This document shows, one piece after another, positions 40,255 through 50,444 of a stretch of 64,000 nt of DNA (position 1 is its first letter; every line of letters begins with the position of its first letter). The position numbers and the translations under genes are program-made. The DNA lies in contig CAXXHA010000011.1 of the NCBI GenBank assembly GCA_963662265.2, positions 64,001 to 128,000 on the forward strand. The letters run 5' to 3'. The notes under the pieces were generated by a model. That model was given only the letters and a program-made list of their open reading frames with translations, was not told the origin of the DNA and made no database searches. The stretch comes from Spirochaetia bacterium. GTDB taxonomy: Bacteria; Spirochaetota; Spirochaetia; CADAEX01.

Positions 40255-41031
40255 TTATGCTATTCTCAGTTTTATTCCCATTGAATGTATCAGCTTTTTA
40301 TATTCCTCTGATATTCCGCTGTCAGTAATAATTTCATCGAAATCTGTTATATCCGCAAAATGCAAGGCTCCTATTTCTCCGAATTTGGAGGAATCAGCAA
40401 GAAGAATTTTTTTTTGTGATGACTTGAGAAGCGCATCTTTTGTCGGTCTTTCATAGTAGTTAACACATGTAACTCCGAATTTTACATCTATCCCTGCCGC
40501 TGTCACAAAAGCCTTATTTGCTCTGAAGCTTTTAATTACTTCAATTCCTTCAGGACTGTCGAAAGAAAGTGTGCTTTTGTGGAATTCCCCCCCTGTAAAA
40601 ATTATTTTACAATTATCCCTGCAGAAAATTTGATTTATAACATTCAGTGAATAGCTTAAAATTGTGAGCGGAAACCCTGTTGGAATATTTTTTGCAAGAT
40701 ATTCAGCGGTAGAACCGTAGTCAATTATCAGAGTGTCATTTTTTTCAATAAGGGATGCTGCCAGCATTCCTATTCTCTGTTTCGTTTCAACGTTAACAGA
40801 TTCTGCACAGTCCAGCGAATATGTTTTTTTTACAATGCCTGTGTTTTCCTCCGAATTTAAAAAGACGCTTCCGTGCTGTTTTATGACAATTCCGTTTCTT
40901 ATCAATTCCTTTATATCACGTCTTATAGTCATGTGCGAAACATTCAATCTGTTTGAAAGGTTATTGACATTTGATATTTTATTGATTTTCAATGTCTCTA
41001 TTATCTGTTTTAGCCTGTCTTCCTTATTCAT
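40255..41031 (-). CDS. deoR: DeoR family transcriptional regulator
   Basis: VSHMTIRRD HTH; D.GST, TGG, KAF..AAG...GVTC and DSSKFG; resembles the deoxyribose-operon repressor subgroup. Confidence 0.85.
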   Translation of the reverse strand: MNKEDRLKQIIETLKINKISNVNNLSNRLNVSHMTIRRDIKELIRNGIVIKQHGSVFLNSEENTGIVKKTYSLDCAESVNVETKQRIGMLAASLIEKNDTLIIDYGSTAEYLAKNIPTGFPLTILSYSLNVINQIFCRDNCKIIFTGGEFHKSTLSFDSPEGIEVIKSFRANKAFVTAAGIDVKFGVTCVNYYERPTKDALLKSSQKKILLADSSKFGEIGALHFADITDFDEIITDSGISEEYKKLIHSMGIKLRIA

Positions 41032-41102
41032 TCTGAATATTTTCCTTTAAAAATAGTGTTTTTACAATATATAACCTCAATATTTTTTCCAGCTGGTTCA
41101 TT

Positions 41103-41152
41103 TATAACATGAACAATGTTAATAAATTATAACATGTTAATATAATAACATG
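41103..41152. promoter_or_regulatory. Candidate DeoR operator array
   Basis: Palindrome CATGTTA-atataa-TAACATG at 41133-41152 (TGTTA-N6-TAACA, as in the E. coli deo operator), plus extra TAACAT/ATGTTA half-sites at 41105 and 41116. Confidence 0.6.
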
Positions 41153-41267
41153 ATATAATTTAAAATGATTGACAATTAACATTGCCGTTAATATGATTTG
41201 AATTAAATATATTGCCGCATTGTCAGTTAAAAAACTATTATTTTTATTTACCATCAGGAGGGTAATT

Positions 41268-42317
41268 ATGAAAAGTCTTAAAAAATCATTAATGCTTGCT
41301 TTTATTCTTATTCTGCCTTTTTCCATGCTGTGGGCAGGAGGAAAAAAGGAAGCTCCAAAAGAAGATGATGAAGGAACTGTTCTTAATGCTTATTCAATCT
41401 GGCCGGAAAACTGGGCAACACCAATGTTTGAAGAGTTTGAGAAAGCTACAGGAATCCATGTTAATTTTATGAGATTTTCTTCCGGTGAAGCGCTTGCAAG
41501 AGTTATAGCTGAAAAAGAAAATCCTCAGGTTGATGTTCTGTTCGGCGGCCCGATTGAAACATTCGGCGCAGGTGTCAGAGAAGGTGTTTTCGATGCATAT
41601 AAACCGCCTGCATACGATAAGCTGGAAGAAAGATTCAGAGACAAAGACGGGTACTGGACTGCAATTGCAGATGATCCGCTTTGTTTTATGAGCAATAAAG
41701 AGTTTCTTAAAGAAAACAATCTGGAAGCTCCGACATCATGGGATGATATTCTTGATCCTGCATATACAAATATGATCCAGTTTGCTGATGCAAGAACATC
41801 AGGAACTGCAGTTACCAGGATATTTTCTATACTTGAAGTAAACAACAGAGACGAAGCTGCTTCTTTTGAATATATGAAAAAACTTTCCAAAAATGTTCAG
41901 GTTTATACAAAATCAGGCGGCGGCGGAACTATTCCTGTAGGTCTTGGACAGGCTGGTATGGGTATATTCTTTATTGTTGATGCTCTTAAAACACAGCAGG
42001 CAGGATATGATGTTGCTGTTTCTTTCCCGAAAGAAGGTATTGGATCAGCTGCGGAAGGTATTGCTATTATAAAAGGCGCAAAACATCCCGGTCTTGCAAA
42101 GAAACTGATTGACTGGGCAACTACAGAGCAGATGCAGAACCACTATGCTCCGTATAAGATTAATTTTATACCTACTTATCCTGGCGTTAAACAGCTTCCG
42201 GCACTTACAGAAGCTCTTGAAAGCGCTGAAAGAATTTTTCCGATTGACTCAGAATATGCTGGCGAAAACAGAAAACGTATTGTCGATACATGGATTGATA
42301 CTGTTTTACAGCAGTAA
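41268..42317 (+). CDS. ABC substrate-binding protein, AfuA/FbpA-like family
   Basis: WAGGKKE signal; FEKATGI, SSGE.LAR..AEKENPQ.DV.FGG, PTSWDD and RTSGT motifs. Confidence 0.9.
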   Translation: MKSLKKSLMLAFILILPFSMLWAGGKKEAPKEDDEGTVLNAYSIWPENWATPMFEEFEKATGIHVNFMRFSSGEALARVIAEKENPQVDVLFGGPIETFGAGVREGVFDAYKPPAYDKLEERFRDKDGYWTAIADDPLCFMSNKEFLKENNLEAPTSWDDILDPAYTNMIQFADARTSGTAVTRIFSILEVNNRDEAASFEYMKKLSKNVQVYTKSGGGGTIPVGLGQAGMGIFFIVDALKTQQAGYDVAVSFPKEGIGSAAEGIAIIKGAKHPGLAKKLIDWATTEQMQNHYAPYKINFIPTYPGVKQLPALTEALESAERIFPIDSEYAGENRKRIVDTWIDTVLQQ

Positions 42318-42343
42318 AAGCATTCAGGATTAAAGGAGAAAAA

Positions 42344-44056
42344 ATGTCCGTCATTACTCTTAAAAGTAAAAAGGCTGATTCGTTTGGAAATCTTGTTAAA
42401 GATCCTGCACTGCTTCTCAGTGTGATTGTAATCTGGATTTTTCTTGCTGTATTTGTTCTGCTACCGATTTTCAGGATTTTATTTCTTGCTTTTTATGAAG
42501 GCGGGCATTTTAACTTCTCCGGGTTCTCAGAAGTTATACTGAAAAAATATACAATGATTGCCGGCTGGAACAGCATCCTTCTTGGATCTCTTGTCGGCAT
42601 ATCTGGGACTGCCCTGGGTTTCTTTTTTGCTTTTACATCAGTAAGAGCAAATCTCCCGAAATGGTGGTCTCGACTTCTTGACTGGGCAATTATTCTTCCT
42701 CTGATATCTCCCCCGTTTACAATGGCGATTACAGTAATATTCTCGTTCGGCCCCAAAGGTCTTATTACACATTCTCTTCTGGGTATGGAGAATTTTAATG
42801 TATACGGCATGTGGAGTACTTTGTTTGCTGAAACAATTACTTATTTCCCAATTTCCTATATTACTTTAAAAGGGATACTGGGAGGGATTGATCCTACTGT
42901 AGAAGACATGGCTTTCAGCCTTGGAAGTTCCAGATTTGAAGTATTCAGAAAGGTTACACTGCCTTTATCAACATCAGGACTTGCCAATTCTTTCCTGTTG
43001 CTTTTTGCTGCCTCCCTGGCTGATTTTGCTACTCCATTAATACTGGCGGGTAACAGTTTTCCTCTTCTGCCTACAGAGGCATTTCTTCAGATTACCGGAC
43101 TTTTTGATATAAAGGGTGGCGCTATCCTGTCGTTTGTTCTTCTTATCCCGTCACTTGCTGTATTTTTTCTTCAGCGTTACTGGGTAGGCAGAAGAAACTT
43201 TGTTACAATAACAGGGAAATCCGGGTCGCAGACCAAATTCAAGAGCGTTGGAAATAAAACACGTTACGTATTTCTTTTTATATGTCTGTTAACTGTAATT
43301 TTTATTTTTTATTTTTATGCTTTGCTTCTGTATGCATCTCTTATCAAGGCATTCGGGGCGGATAATTCTTTTACACTGTCTCATTATGCTCATATTTTTA
43401 CACGCGGCGGTAAAGTTATTAAAGATACTCTGATTATCGCTGTTAGCGGAATGCTTTTAGGCGGTCTTTACGGAGTTGTAGTTGGCTATATAACTGCAAA
43501 GAAAAAATATTTTTCCCGAAAGTTTATGGAAGTTGTTTCCATGCTGAATTATGCGTTGCCTGGCACAATTGTCGGTATAGCGTATCTTATAACATTCAAT
43601 GAAAAACCGTTCCTTCTGACAGGAACAGCATTAATTATAATTATCTGCAATGTCGCTAAATATGGCGCTTATGGGATCAGAACTACTGTTGCAATTCTTC
43701 AGCAGATACATCCAGGAATTGAAGAGGCATCATCCAGTTTAGGCGCTTCTTCAGTACATACATTCAAGAGGATTACAATTCCTCTGGTTCTTCCAGGATT
43801 ATTTTCTGGTCTCGGGATTGTATTTATCAGGTCCATGACAGCAATCAGCGCCGCTATTTTCCTGGTATCATTAAACTGGAGTCTGATAACAGTCAGTATT
43901 CTTGAAAATATGACAGAACTTCATCTCGGTGTTTCTGCCGCATTTTCTGTATTTGTTGTTATTGTAGTATTTATTGTTACATCATGCATCAGCTTCGGTC
44001 TGAAGTCATTAAGACAGCCCGGAGCAATGAGAATGACATCTTTATTCGGAGCATAA
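42344..44056 (+). CDS. ABC permease, AfuB/FbpB-like (duplicated TM domain)
   Basis: LPLISPPF, EDMA..LG, ADFATP, LPGTIVG and EEAS.SLGA (EAA) motifs. Confidence 0.92.
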   Translation: MSVITLKSKKADSFGNLVKDPALLLSVIVIWIFLAVFVLLPIFRILFLAFYEGGHFNFSGFSEVILKKYTMIAGWNSILLGSLVGISGTALGFFFAFTSVRANLPKWWSRLLDWAIILPLISPPFTMAITVIFSFGPKGLITHSLLGMENFNVYGMWSTLFAETITYFPISYITLKGILGGIDPTVEDMAFSLGSSRFEVFRKVTLPLSTSGLANSFLLLFAASLADFATPLILAGNSFPLLPTEAFLQITGLFDIKGGAILSFVLLIPSLAVFFLQRYWVGRRNFVTITGKSGSQTKFKSVGNKTRYVFLFICLLTVIFIFYFYALLLYASLIKAFGADNSFTLSHYAHIFTRGGKVIKDTLIIAVSGMLLGGLYGVVVGYITAKKKYFSRKFMEVVSMLNYALPGTIVGIAYLITFNEKPFLLTGTALIIIICNVAKYGAYGIRTTVAILQQIHPGIEEASSSLGASSVHTFKRITIPLVLPGLFSGLGIVFIRSMTAISAAIFLVSLNWSLITVSILENMTELHLGVSAAFSVFVVIVVFIVTSCISFGLKSLRQPGAMRMTSLFGA

Positions 44057-44066
44057 GGAGAATTAT

Positions 44067-45152
44067 ATGAAGTCTGTAAATATAAAACTGGAAAATCTTG
44101 TGAAGACTTATATGCATCAGCTTAAGGGAGAAATTAATGCGGTGAACGGAGTAAGTCTTACTGTTGAACCGGGAGAGTTGTTAACACTTCTGGGACCGTC
44201 AGGGTGCGGGAAGACTACTACAATGAGGATGCTTGCCGGATTTGAAGAACCTGATAACGGAAGAGTTATTATCGGATCGGAAGATGTAACCGATAAAATG
44301 GCAAACCAGAGAGATATAGGATTTGTATTTCAGAATTATGCATTGTTCCCCCACCTGTCTGTTTTTGAAAATGTTGCATATGGTCTTAAAATCAGAAATT
44401 ACGAGAAAAAAGAAATCAGTAAACTGGTGAAAGAAGCCCTTACTCTTGTAAAACTGGATGGCTATGAGGAGCAGTTCCCGCATCAGATGTCAGGAGGGGA
44501 ACAGCAGAGGGTTGCTCTTGCAAGAGCAGTTGTTATTAAGCCGAAAGTACTTCTTTTAGATGAACCTCTTTCAAATCTTGATGCAAAACTCAGAATATCA
44601 ACCAGAAGTGAAATCAGGCGGTTACAGAAATCATTATCCATTAGCACCCTTTATGTTACACATGATCAGGAAGAGGCAATGGCAATCTCAGACAGGATTA
44701 TTGTCATGAACCATGGTGATATTATCCAGATTGGAACAGCTGAAGAACTTTACTTTAATCCTGAAACAGAATTTGTTGCAAAGTTTATAGGTGTTATCAA
44801 TACAATCCCGTCTGAAGTTCTCAGTGTCAATGAAGATTCAGCAGAAGTAAATATTGAAAATATCAAGTTTAAAGTTTCCAATGTTTTAAGGAAAATATCA
44901 GCGGGGGAAAATGTTGATGTTCTTATACGGCCTGAAGCTGTTACACTTGAAGAGGTTAATGATAAGACAATACTAACAGGCGTTGTTATTGCCAGATCCT
45001 TTCTCGGTGACCGGGTGGATTATACTGTTGAAACAAAAAGTTTTACCCTTAAAGTGTCCCTGTATGATCTATACGGACAAACAGCTTTTAAAGAATCACA
45101 GCAGATAGGTATAGTCCTTGATGAAAAACGTATGAAAATTCTTGAGAGGTAG
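44067..45152 (+). CDS. ABC ATP-binding protein, AfuC/PotA-like
   Basis: LLGPSGCGKTT, FQNYALFPH, SGGEQQRVALARA, LLDEPLSNLD and YVTHDQEEA; TOBE tail. Confidence 0.95.
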   Translation: MKSVNIKLENLVKTYMHQLKGEINAVNGVSLTVEPGELLTLLGPSGCGKTTTMRMLAGFEEPDNGRVIIGSEDVTDKMANQRDIGFVFQNYALFPHLSVFENVAYGLKIRNYEKKEISKLVKEALTLVKLDGYEEQFPHQMSGGEQQRVALARAVVIKPKVLLLDEPLSNLDAKLRISTRSEIRRLQKSLSISTLYVTHDQEEAMAISDRIIVMNHGDIIQIGTAEELYFNPETEFVAKFIGVINTIPSEVLSVNEDSAEVNIENIKFKVSNVLRKISAGENVDVLIRPEAVTLEEVNDKTILTGVVIARSFLGDRVDYTVETKSFTLKVSLYDLYGQTAFKESQQIGIVLDEKRMKILER

Positions 45153-45155
45153 TAA

Positions 45156-45644
45156 ATGAAAAAAACAGTTATTCTTAGTTTAGTTATTTTTATATTTCTG
45201 GGAGCATCACTGTATTCACAGGAAAATAAGTATTACGGAGCAGATTATATCTATGAAAAGGATGGAGTTGCTGTTTTCTGGGCAGTTCTGAAAGGAGCTG
45301 AAATTAAATCAAACACTGTATATATTAATATGGTCCCTCTTGAACCGAATAATCTGTCTTACCGAAAATACAGCGTAATTGAATCAAATGTCTTTTCCGG
45401 AGAAGAGAAGATACTTGTTAAATATAAAAAAATTAAAGATGAAAATATTCTCAAGAAAGCATATGGTGATTTTTTAACAATGTCTGAAACAAATTTCCTT
45501 TTTTACAGGTCAGGTGATTCAAAGAAAAATCCTCATATGAGTATTTATTATAAAGGGGTACCTGATGCTGCTCCTGAGTTTAAGGATGAGAAACAGATAT
45601 ATGATTTTTTCAAGCATTCGCTGGATAAAATTGTAAACCAATAG
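45156..45644 (+). CDS. Secreted hypothetical protein, co-transcribed with the ABC operon
   Basis: Signal peptide; 3-bp gap after the ATPase; GAGG RBS. Confidence 0.7.
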   Translation: MKKTVILSLVIFIFLGASLYSQENKYYGADYIYEKDGVAVFWAVLKGAEIKSNTVYINMVPLEPNNLSYRKYSVIESNVFSGEEKILVKYKKIKDENILKKAYGDFLTMSETNFLFYRSGDSKKNPHMSIYYKGVPDAAPEFKDEKQIYDFFKHSLDKIVNQ

Positions 45645-45772
45645 TGGATTATTCCTTTCTTATTCCGGGGATTTTCCTGTCACTGGGAATATAACTTAAA
45701 TTCTCATAATAGTCATATATTATAAACCTTCATCTCTCTAAGTATGAGCTACCCATGAATTAATACTATTAG

Positions 45773-46669
45773 CTATGTTTTTATAGTTTCCTTATTAAGA
45801 TGCTCTGCTTTATCAAGGATAAACACTCCAGACAGTGTAAGCACGGTACCTGTAATACTGGAAACACTTACAGCTTCATTAAGGACAATAAACCCCAATA
45901 GTGTTGCAACTGCCGGAGCGACAAACAGCCATGCTGATGCAAAAACAGGTCCTGCTTCACGGACCAATACAAGTGTTGCTGTATGTCCTATGATTGAACC
46001 GCCTATAACAAGATATAACAAAGGAAATATTGCTTCAGAAGTGAATGAAACAGTTTCAAAAGCAAGTGCAATAATCATGAGAATTAGTCCGCCTGTTAAT
46101 GACTGTAAAGCGCTGATTAATACTGTATCATCCTCCCTGGAAAAAAGCAGCGGATAAATTGCATTACCGGCTGCATATAATATAACACTGCCAGCAGCTA
46201 TTGCGAAATAAAGGGGCTTAGCCTCAATTGCCGGGGATGCTATTAAAAAAGATCCAGCCATTCCCAGTATAAATGCAATAAAATGATAAATAGAAAGTTT
46301 TTTACCTAAAAACAGGGATGCAAATAATGCAGTTATAAGCGGCCCTGTTGAATCAAGCCTTGCCATGAATCCTGAATCTACACTTGTCTGAGCAATAAAC
46401 ATGCACCCGAATGTCCCGACAGTCATGAAGAGGGAAAGAATTAAGGATCTGAATAATAATGATTTTATTTCATCTAAATTTATTCTCCTGAATATCCTGA
46501 GTAGAATAAGCATTATCATGCCTGCTGCAGTAAACCTGATAGCTGCATAAAAAAGAGGTGAAGCACCGGCCTGCAGGCCAAGGCTTATTGCCAGAAAAGT
46601 GCTGCCGAATATCAGGCAGACCAGGATGAAAAGACTGTATATTTTGTTTTTCTGCATTGGATCCTCCAT
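45773..46669 (-). CDS. EamA/DMT family exporter
   Basis: About 10 TM segments; IFGSTFLAI, AAIRF..AG and P.VA.LLG...L.E motifs. Confidence 0.88.
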   Translation of the reverse strand: MEDPMQKNKIYSLFILVCLIFGSTFLAISLGLQAGASPLFYAAIRFTAAGMIMLILLRIFRRINLDEIKSLLFRSLILSLFMTVGTFGCMFIAQTSVDSGFMARLDSTGPLITALFASLFLGKKLSIYHFIAFILGMAGSFLIASPAIEAKPLYFAIAAGSVILYAAGNAIYPLLFSREDDTVLISALQSLTGGLILMIIALAFETVSFTSEAIFPLLYLVIGGSIIGHTATLVLVREAGPVFASAWLFVAPAVATLLGFIVLNEAVSVSSITGTVLTLSGVFILDKAEHLNKETIKT

Positions 46670-46699
46670 GTCATAAGAAATCTATCATTTGTAAATACA

Positions 46700-46744
46700 C
46701 AGGTACAGATACAGATTGAAATATTATTATGGGTACAGTAGAAT
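46700..46744. promoter_or_regulatory. MocR-type direct repeats and leaderless-type promoter
   Basis: GGTACAG at 46702 and 46732 plus a TACAGA repeat; TTGAAA-17bp-TAGAAT ending 6 nt before ATG 46751. Confidence 0.55.
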
Positions 46745-46750
46745 CTGTCC

Positions 46751-48157
46751 ATGAAAAAGTATGAGTATCTATACAGAAGAATCAAAAGGGATATTGAATC
46801 AGGCATTATACGTGAAGGGGAAAGACTTCTTTCAATCAGGGAAGAAGCCCTTTCATCCGGCCTTTCAGTAAATACAGTATTAACTGCTTATAATATGCTT
46901 GCTGATGAAGGGGTAATCAGACCCCGTGACAGAGGCGGATACTATGTCTGTTCAGGAGTTCTCAGGCTGACCGGGGAGGGAACCGGAAAACATTTTTCTC
47001 CACATGAAAGTTTTATTTCAACAAGCAGGGAAACTGGTGAACATCTAGATCAGCTGTATGAAAGGCTTTTACACATAGATTCCAGTTTTGCAAGCGCTGC
47101 TCCAGGTCTTGATATTCTTCCTTCCCTTCATTTAAACAATGGCCTTTCCCGGCACAGCAGGACCTGGTTGAATTACGGGAATCCGGAAGGCAGTTATATA
47201 TTAAGAAAACGGATTGCACTGATTAACCAGGAGACAGATGGAATAACACAGCCTGATGATATAGTTATAACAAACGGGGCGACCGAGGCTATGTCAATTG
47301 TAATTCAGACACTTCTGAGTCCGGGTGATAAAGTAGCTTTGGAATCTCCGACATATTTCAATTATTTCAGACAGTTGTCTGATTATGGAATAGATATCAT
47401 AGAAATTCCTGTCAAGAAAAACGGAATTGATCTCAATATTCTGGAAGACGAGCTGAAAAATAATGAAATAAAAATGATTATCACTCAGCCTAATGTGCAG
47501 AATCCGACAGGAATTGTAATGAATGATATCGACAAGGAGAGACTCGTAAATCTTGCTGAATATCATGGTTCTATTCTTGTTCAGGATGATGTTTTCGGTG
47601 ATCTTTCTTTTACCGGGATTCGCCCGGGGAATCTGAGTTCCTTTTCTGATTATCCCGGAATAATACTTGTATCCTCATATTCAAAGTCTGTTGCTCCGGG
47701 GCTCAGGATTGGTTGGATAAGATCTCCACGTTATGCCGGGAAGTTCACAGAGACAAAACTCCGGATATCAATGGATACATCCGGTTTGCCACAGGCAATA
47801 CTCTCAAGTTTCCTTGGAACAAAGGAACACCGGCGCAATAAACTGAAAATGAGGAATGCCCTGAAGAGCCGTATAGATGATCATCTGAGCCTGTTATCTG
47901 ATTTTCTTCCGGAAGGAAGTCATATTAACCGGCCGCAAGGGGGCTGCCTTTTATGGATTTCACTGCCTGAGGATATTGATGGCATAAAGCTTTTTGAAGC
48001 AACTGCAGAAAAAGGGCTGATCATAACTCCAGGGGCGATTTTTTCTTCAAGCAGTTTTTTCAATAATTATATCAGGATAAACACCGGTTTCAAATTAACG
48101 GGTAAGAGAGCAGATGCTCTATCAATATTGAAAGACTGCCGGAAACTGTTAAAATAG
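46751..48157 (+). CDS. MocR-type (GntR HTH plus PLP aminotransferase-like) regulator
   Basis: L.SIRE, S.NTV..AY..L, ITNGATEA, ESPTY, QNPTG, DDVF and SYSKSVAPGLRIGW motifs. Confidence 0.93.
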   Translation: MKKYEYLYRRIKRDIESGIIREGERLLSIREEALSSGLSVNTVLTAYNMLADEGVIRPRDRGGYYVCSGVLRLTGEGTGKHFSPHESFISTSRETGEHLDQLYERLLHIDSSFASAAPGLDILPSLHLNNGLSRHSRTWLNYGNPEGSYILRKRIALINQETDGITQPDDIVITNGATEAMSIVIQTLLSPGDKVALESPTYFNYFRQLSDYGIDIIEIPVKKNGIDLNILEDELKNNEIKMIITQPNVQNPTGIVMNDIDKERLVNLAEYHGSILVQDDVFGDLSFTGIRPGNLSSFSDYPGIILVSSYSKSVAPGLRIGWIRSPRYAGKFTETKLRISMDTSGLPQAILSSFLGTKEHRRNKLKMRNALKSRIDDHLSLLSDFLPEGSHINRPQGGCLLWISLPEDIDGIKLFEATAEKGLIITPGAIFSSSSFFNNYIRINTGFKLTGKRADALSILKDCRKLLK

Positions 48158-48335
48158 CAATTTATGACAAGTTTAATAGTTCTGAAATTGATTTGTATAA
48201 CTTCAAATATCTTTTTTTAAAAAGCTTATGAATATTTTTTACTCTTTTCTACATTGAAATTCAGTTTGAAAGAGGTTTGGTATAATTTAAAAATAGTACG
48301 TTATAAAATATAGAAAAATTATCTGATCTGTTTTG

Positions 48336-48737
48336 TTACTCCGGAAATTTGTCGAATTTGGGAGCTTTTTCCAGTTCATTATCCCATTTCGCCTTGTATT
48401 TATAAAATAAATGACCGCTCGGTTTCATGAATATTTTACTGTCCAGGGAACCTGCAGGTACAACAAGAAGTTTTCCCTCCATCTGAAGGTTCGGAAGTGC
48501 AGAGCCGCATTTTGGACAGAAACTTTTCTGGTGTTCTGTAGATTCATACTTGAAAGTTTTCACTTCCTGTTCTCCGGATAACCAGTTTAATTTTGCTGTT
48601 GAAGAGAACATATTAGCCGCATGAGCTGAGCCTGTATCTTTTCTGCACAGTTTACAGTGACAGAGATAAAAATCGTCAAAATCACCTTCAATTTCAAATG
48701 TAATTTTTCCGCAAAGGCATGAACCTGTATGTTTCAT
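48336..48737 (-). CDS. GFA (Mss4-like) family protein
   Basis: GSCLCG, CHC..CRK.TG, FC..CGS and PAGSLD motifs. Confidence 0.92.
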   Translation of the reverse strand: MKHTGSCLCGKITFEIEGDFDDFYLCHCKLCRKDTGSAHAANMFSSTAKLNWLSGEQEVKTFKYESTEHQKSFCPKCGSALPNLQMEGKLLVVPAGSLDSKIFMKPSGHLFYKYKAKWDNELEKAPKFDKFPE

Positions 48738-48797
48738 TAAAGATTTCCCCCTGTACTGTTATAATAAAAGATTTCATCAGCCTCTTCCGTCTCTGTA

Positions 48798-50444
48798 TCA
48801 CTTCCCGTAACCGGCTCTCTCAAGCGCAATCTCCGCAGCCTTCCGTTCGTTCCAGGCAATCTTGCCGTCCGCATATATTATCGAAGACTCGTGTCCCTTT
48901 CCCAGGAGTAATATAGTGTCTCCTTCCTCTGCAATTTCAACTGCCTTGTTTATAGCTTCCTGCCTGTCAAGTATCAGGTATAAGTTTTCCTTATTGAAAC
49001 TGCTGTCTATTCCTGCCTTTATATCTTCAAGAATAACTACCGCATCCTCACCGCGGGGATCCTCATCCGCAAGAATTACTACATCGGAATACTCTGCTGC
49101 AATTTTACCCTGAATAGGTCTTTTTTCCGTATCCCTTTCCCCTGCGGAACCGAAAACAGTTATCAGCCGGTTCTTTACTGTCTGTTTTATCAGTGGGAAT
49201 ATTTTCCTGTAAGCACCTGGAGTGTGGGCATAATCCACGATAACGGAAAATGGCTGTCCCATATCTATCGTATCCATCCTTCCTGTCACAGGTGTAACAG
49301 AGTCTACAAGAGATGCAAAGTCAGAAATATCCCTTCCGGTGGAAAGAGATGCCGCAAGGACAGATGCGAGTATGTTGTCTATATTGAAGATTCCCGGAAT
49401 ATTCATTGTTGCAGGGTAGTTTTTACCCCTGTAGTTTATATCGAACCTGGTTGTGATTCCGTCTGATTCTATATTGAGGGCAGATAAAATATTTGAGATT
49501 TTAATATCTTTTAAAGACTTTTCTGTATCTGCTGATCCGGAGCAGACTGCTGTATTATCTGATGCATCAACATGCTGGAGTTCCCCCTTTCCAAATGCAG
49601 AGTCATAACCTGGTTCGCCCGGAGCTGAATGATCCGTGTTATCAGATCCTGGAGCTGATGCACCGTAGTAGCAGTATATTTCAGATCCTGATGCTTTAAT
49701 AAATTCAGATGCGAATTTCTCGTTCCCGTTTACAATGCAGAAGTCAGTTGCTTTTCTGAAGAGGTTTGCCTTGTCGTTTACATAGTTTTCAATAGTACCG
49801 TGAAACTCAAGATGCTCATGAGAGATGTTGGTGAGTACTCCTGAGTTGTATTTTACATCCCTGAGCCTTGCTGTCTTTTCACTCAAGCCGTGGGAAGTTG
49901 ATTCAACAACAGCATATTTAAAATCATTATCTGCCATACGGGAGAGAATTTTCATTATCTCCGGGGATTCCGGCGTTGACTGCCTGTAGGTATTTTTCTC
50001 TATTGTGCCGGAGCAGTCATACTCGACTGTAGATATGAATCCTGCCCTGTATCCCGCATTCCTCAGAAGCTGGTATATGAAGGATACTGAAGAACTCTTC
50101 CCGTCTGTTCCTGTAACACCTATTATGTTCAGTTTCTGCGACGGAAAATCATAGTATGCTGAAGAGAATACAGACATTGCAGTCCTGGTATTGTCTGTAA
50201 GAATATAAGTGAGCCCTTCAATATATTCATCCGGCTCTTTTTCAATAAATACAGCAGAAGCTCCAAGGGAGTGGGCATTTTTTATAAACCTGTGACCATC
50301 TGTATGGATCCCTGTAATTGCGAAAAATGCATATCCTTTTTCAACACTTCTTGAGTCGTATGCAATTCCTGTAATATCTTTCTCTGTACTGCCTTTAATA
50401 CTTATTATGTTGCAGTATTTTATTAAACCTGATAACCTTTTCAT
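48798..50444 (-). CDS. murE: UDP-N-acetylmuramoyl-dipeptide:diamino acid ligase MurE
   Basis: YDSR, DGH.FI, GVTGTDGKSS, TPES, E.TSHGL, TN..HEHL.FHG, GRM, DYAHTP, RD..KR, DEDPR and GKGHE motifs. Confidence 0.95.
   Translation of the reverse strand: MKRLSGLIKYCNIISIKGSTEKDITGIAYDSRSVEKGYAFFAITGIHTDGHRFIKNAHSLGASAVFIEKEPDEYIEGLTYILTDNTRTAMSVFSSAYYDFPSQKLNIIGVTGTDGKSSSVSFIYQLLRNAGYRAGFISTVEYDCSGTIEKNTYRQSTPESPEIMKILSRMADNDFKYAVVESTSHGLSEKTARLRDVKYNSGVLTNISHEHLEFHGTIENYVNDKANLFRKATDFCIVNGNEKFASEFIKASGSEIYCYYGASAPGSDNTDHSAPGEPGYDSAFGKGELQHVDASDNTAVCSGSADTEKSLKDIKISNILSALNIESDGITTRFDINYRGKNYPATMNIPGIFNIDNILASVLAASLSTGRDISDFASLVDSVTPVTGRMDTIDMGQPFSVIVDYAHTPGAYRKIFPLIKQTVKNRLITVFGSAGERDTEKRPIQGKIAAEYSDVVILADEDPRGEDAVVILEDIKAGIDSSFNKENLYLILDRQEAINKAVEIAEEGDTILLLGKGHESSIIYADGKIAWNERKAAEIALERAGYGK

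Noticed and set aside
49505-49665. Intein in MurE
   Set aside because: Too short and lacks the C/S...HN-C/S/T splice motifs.
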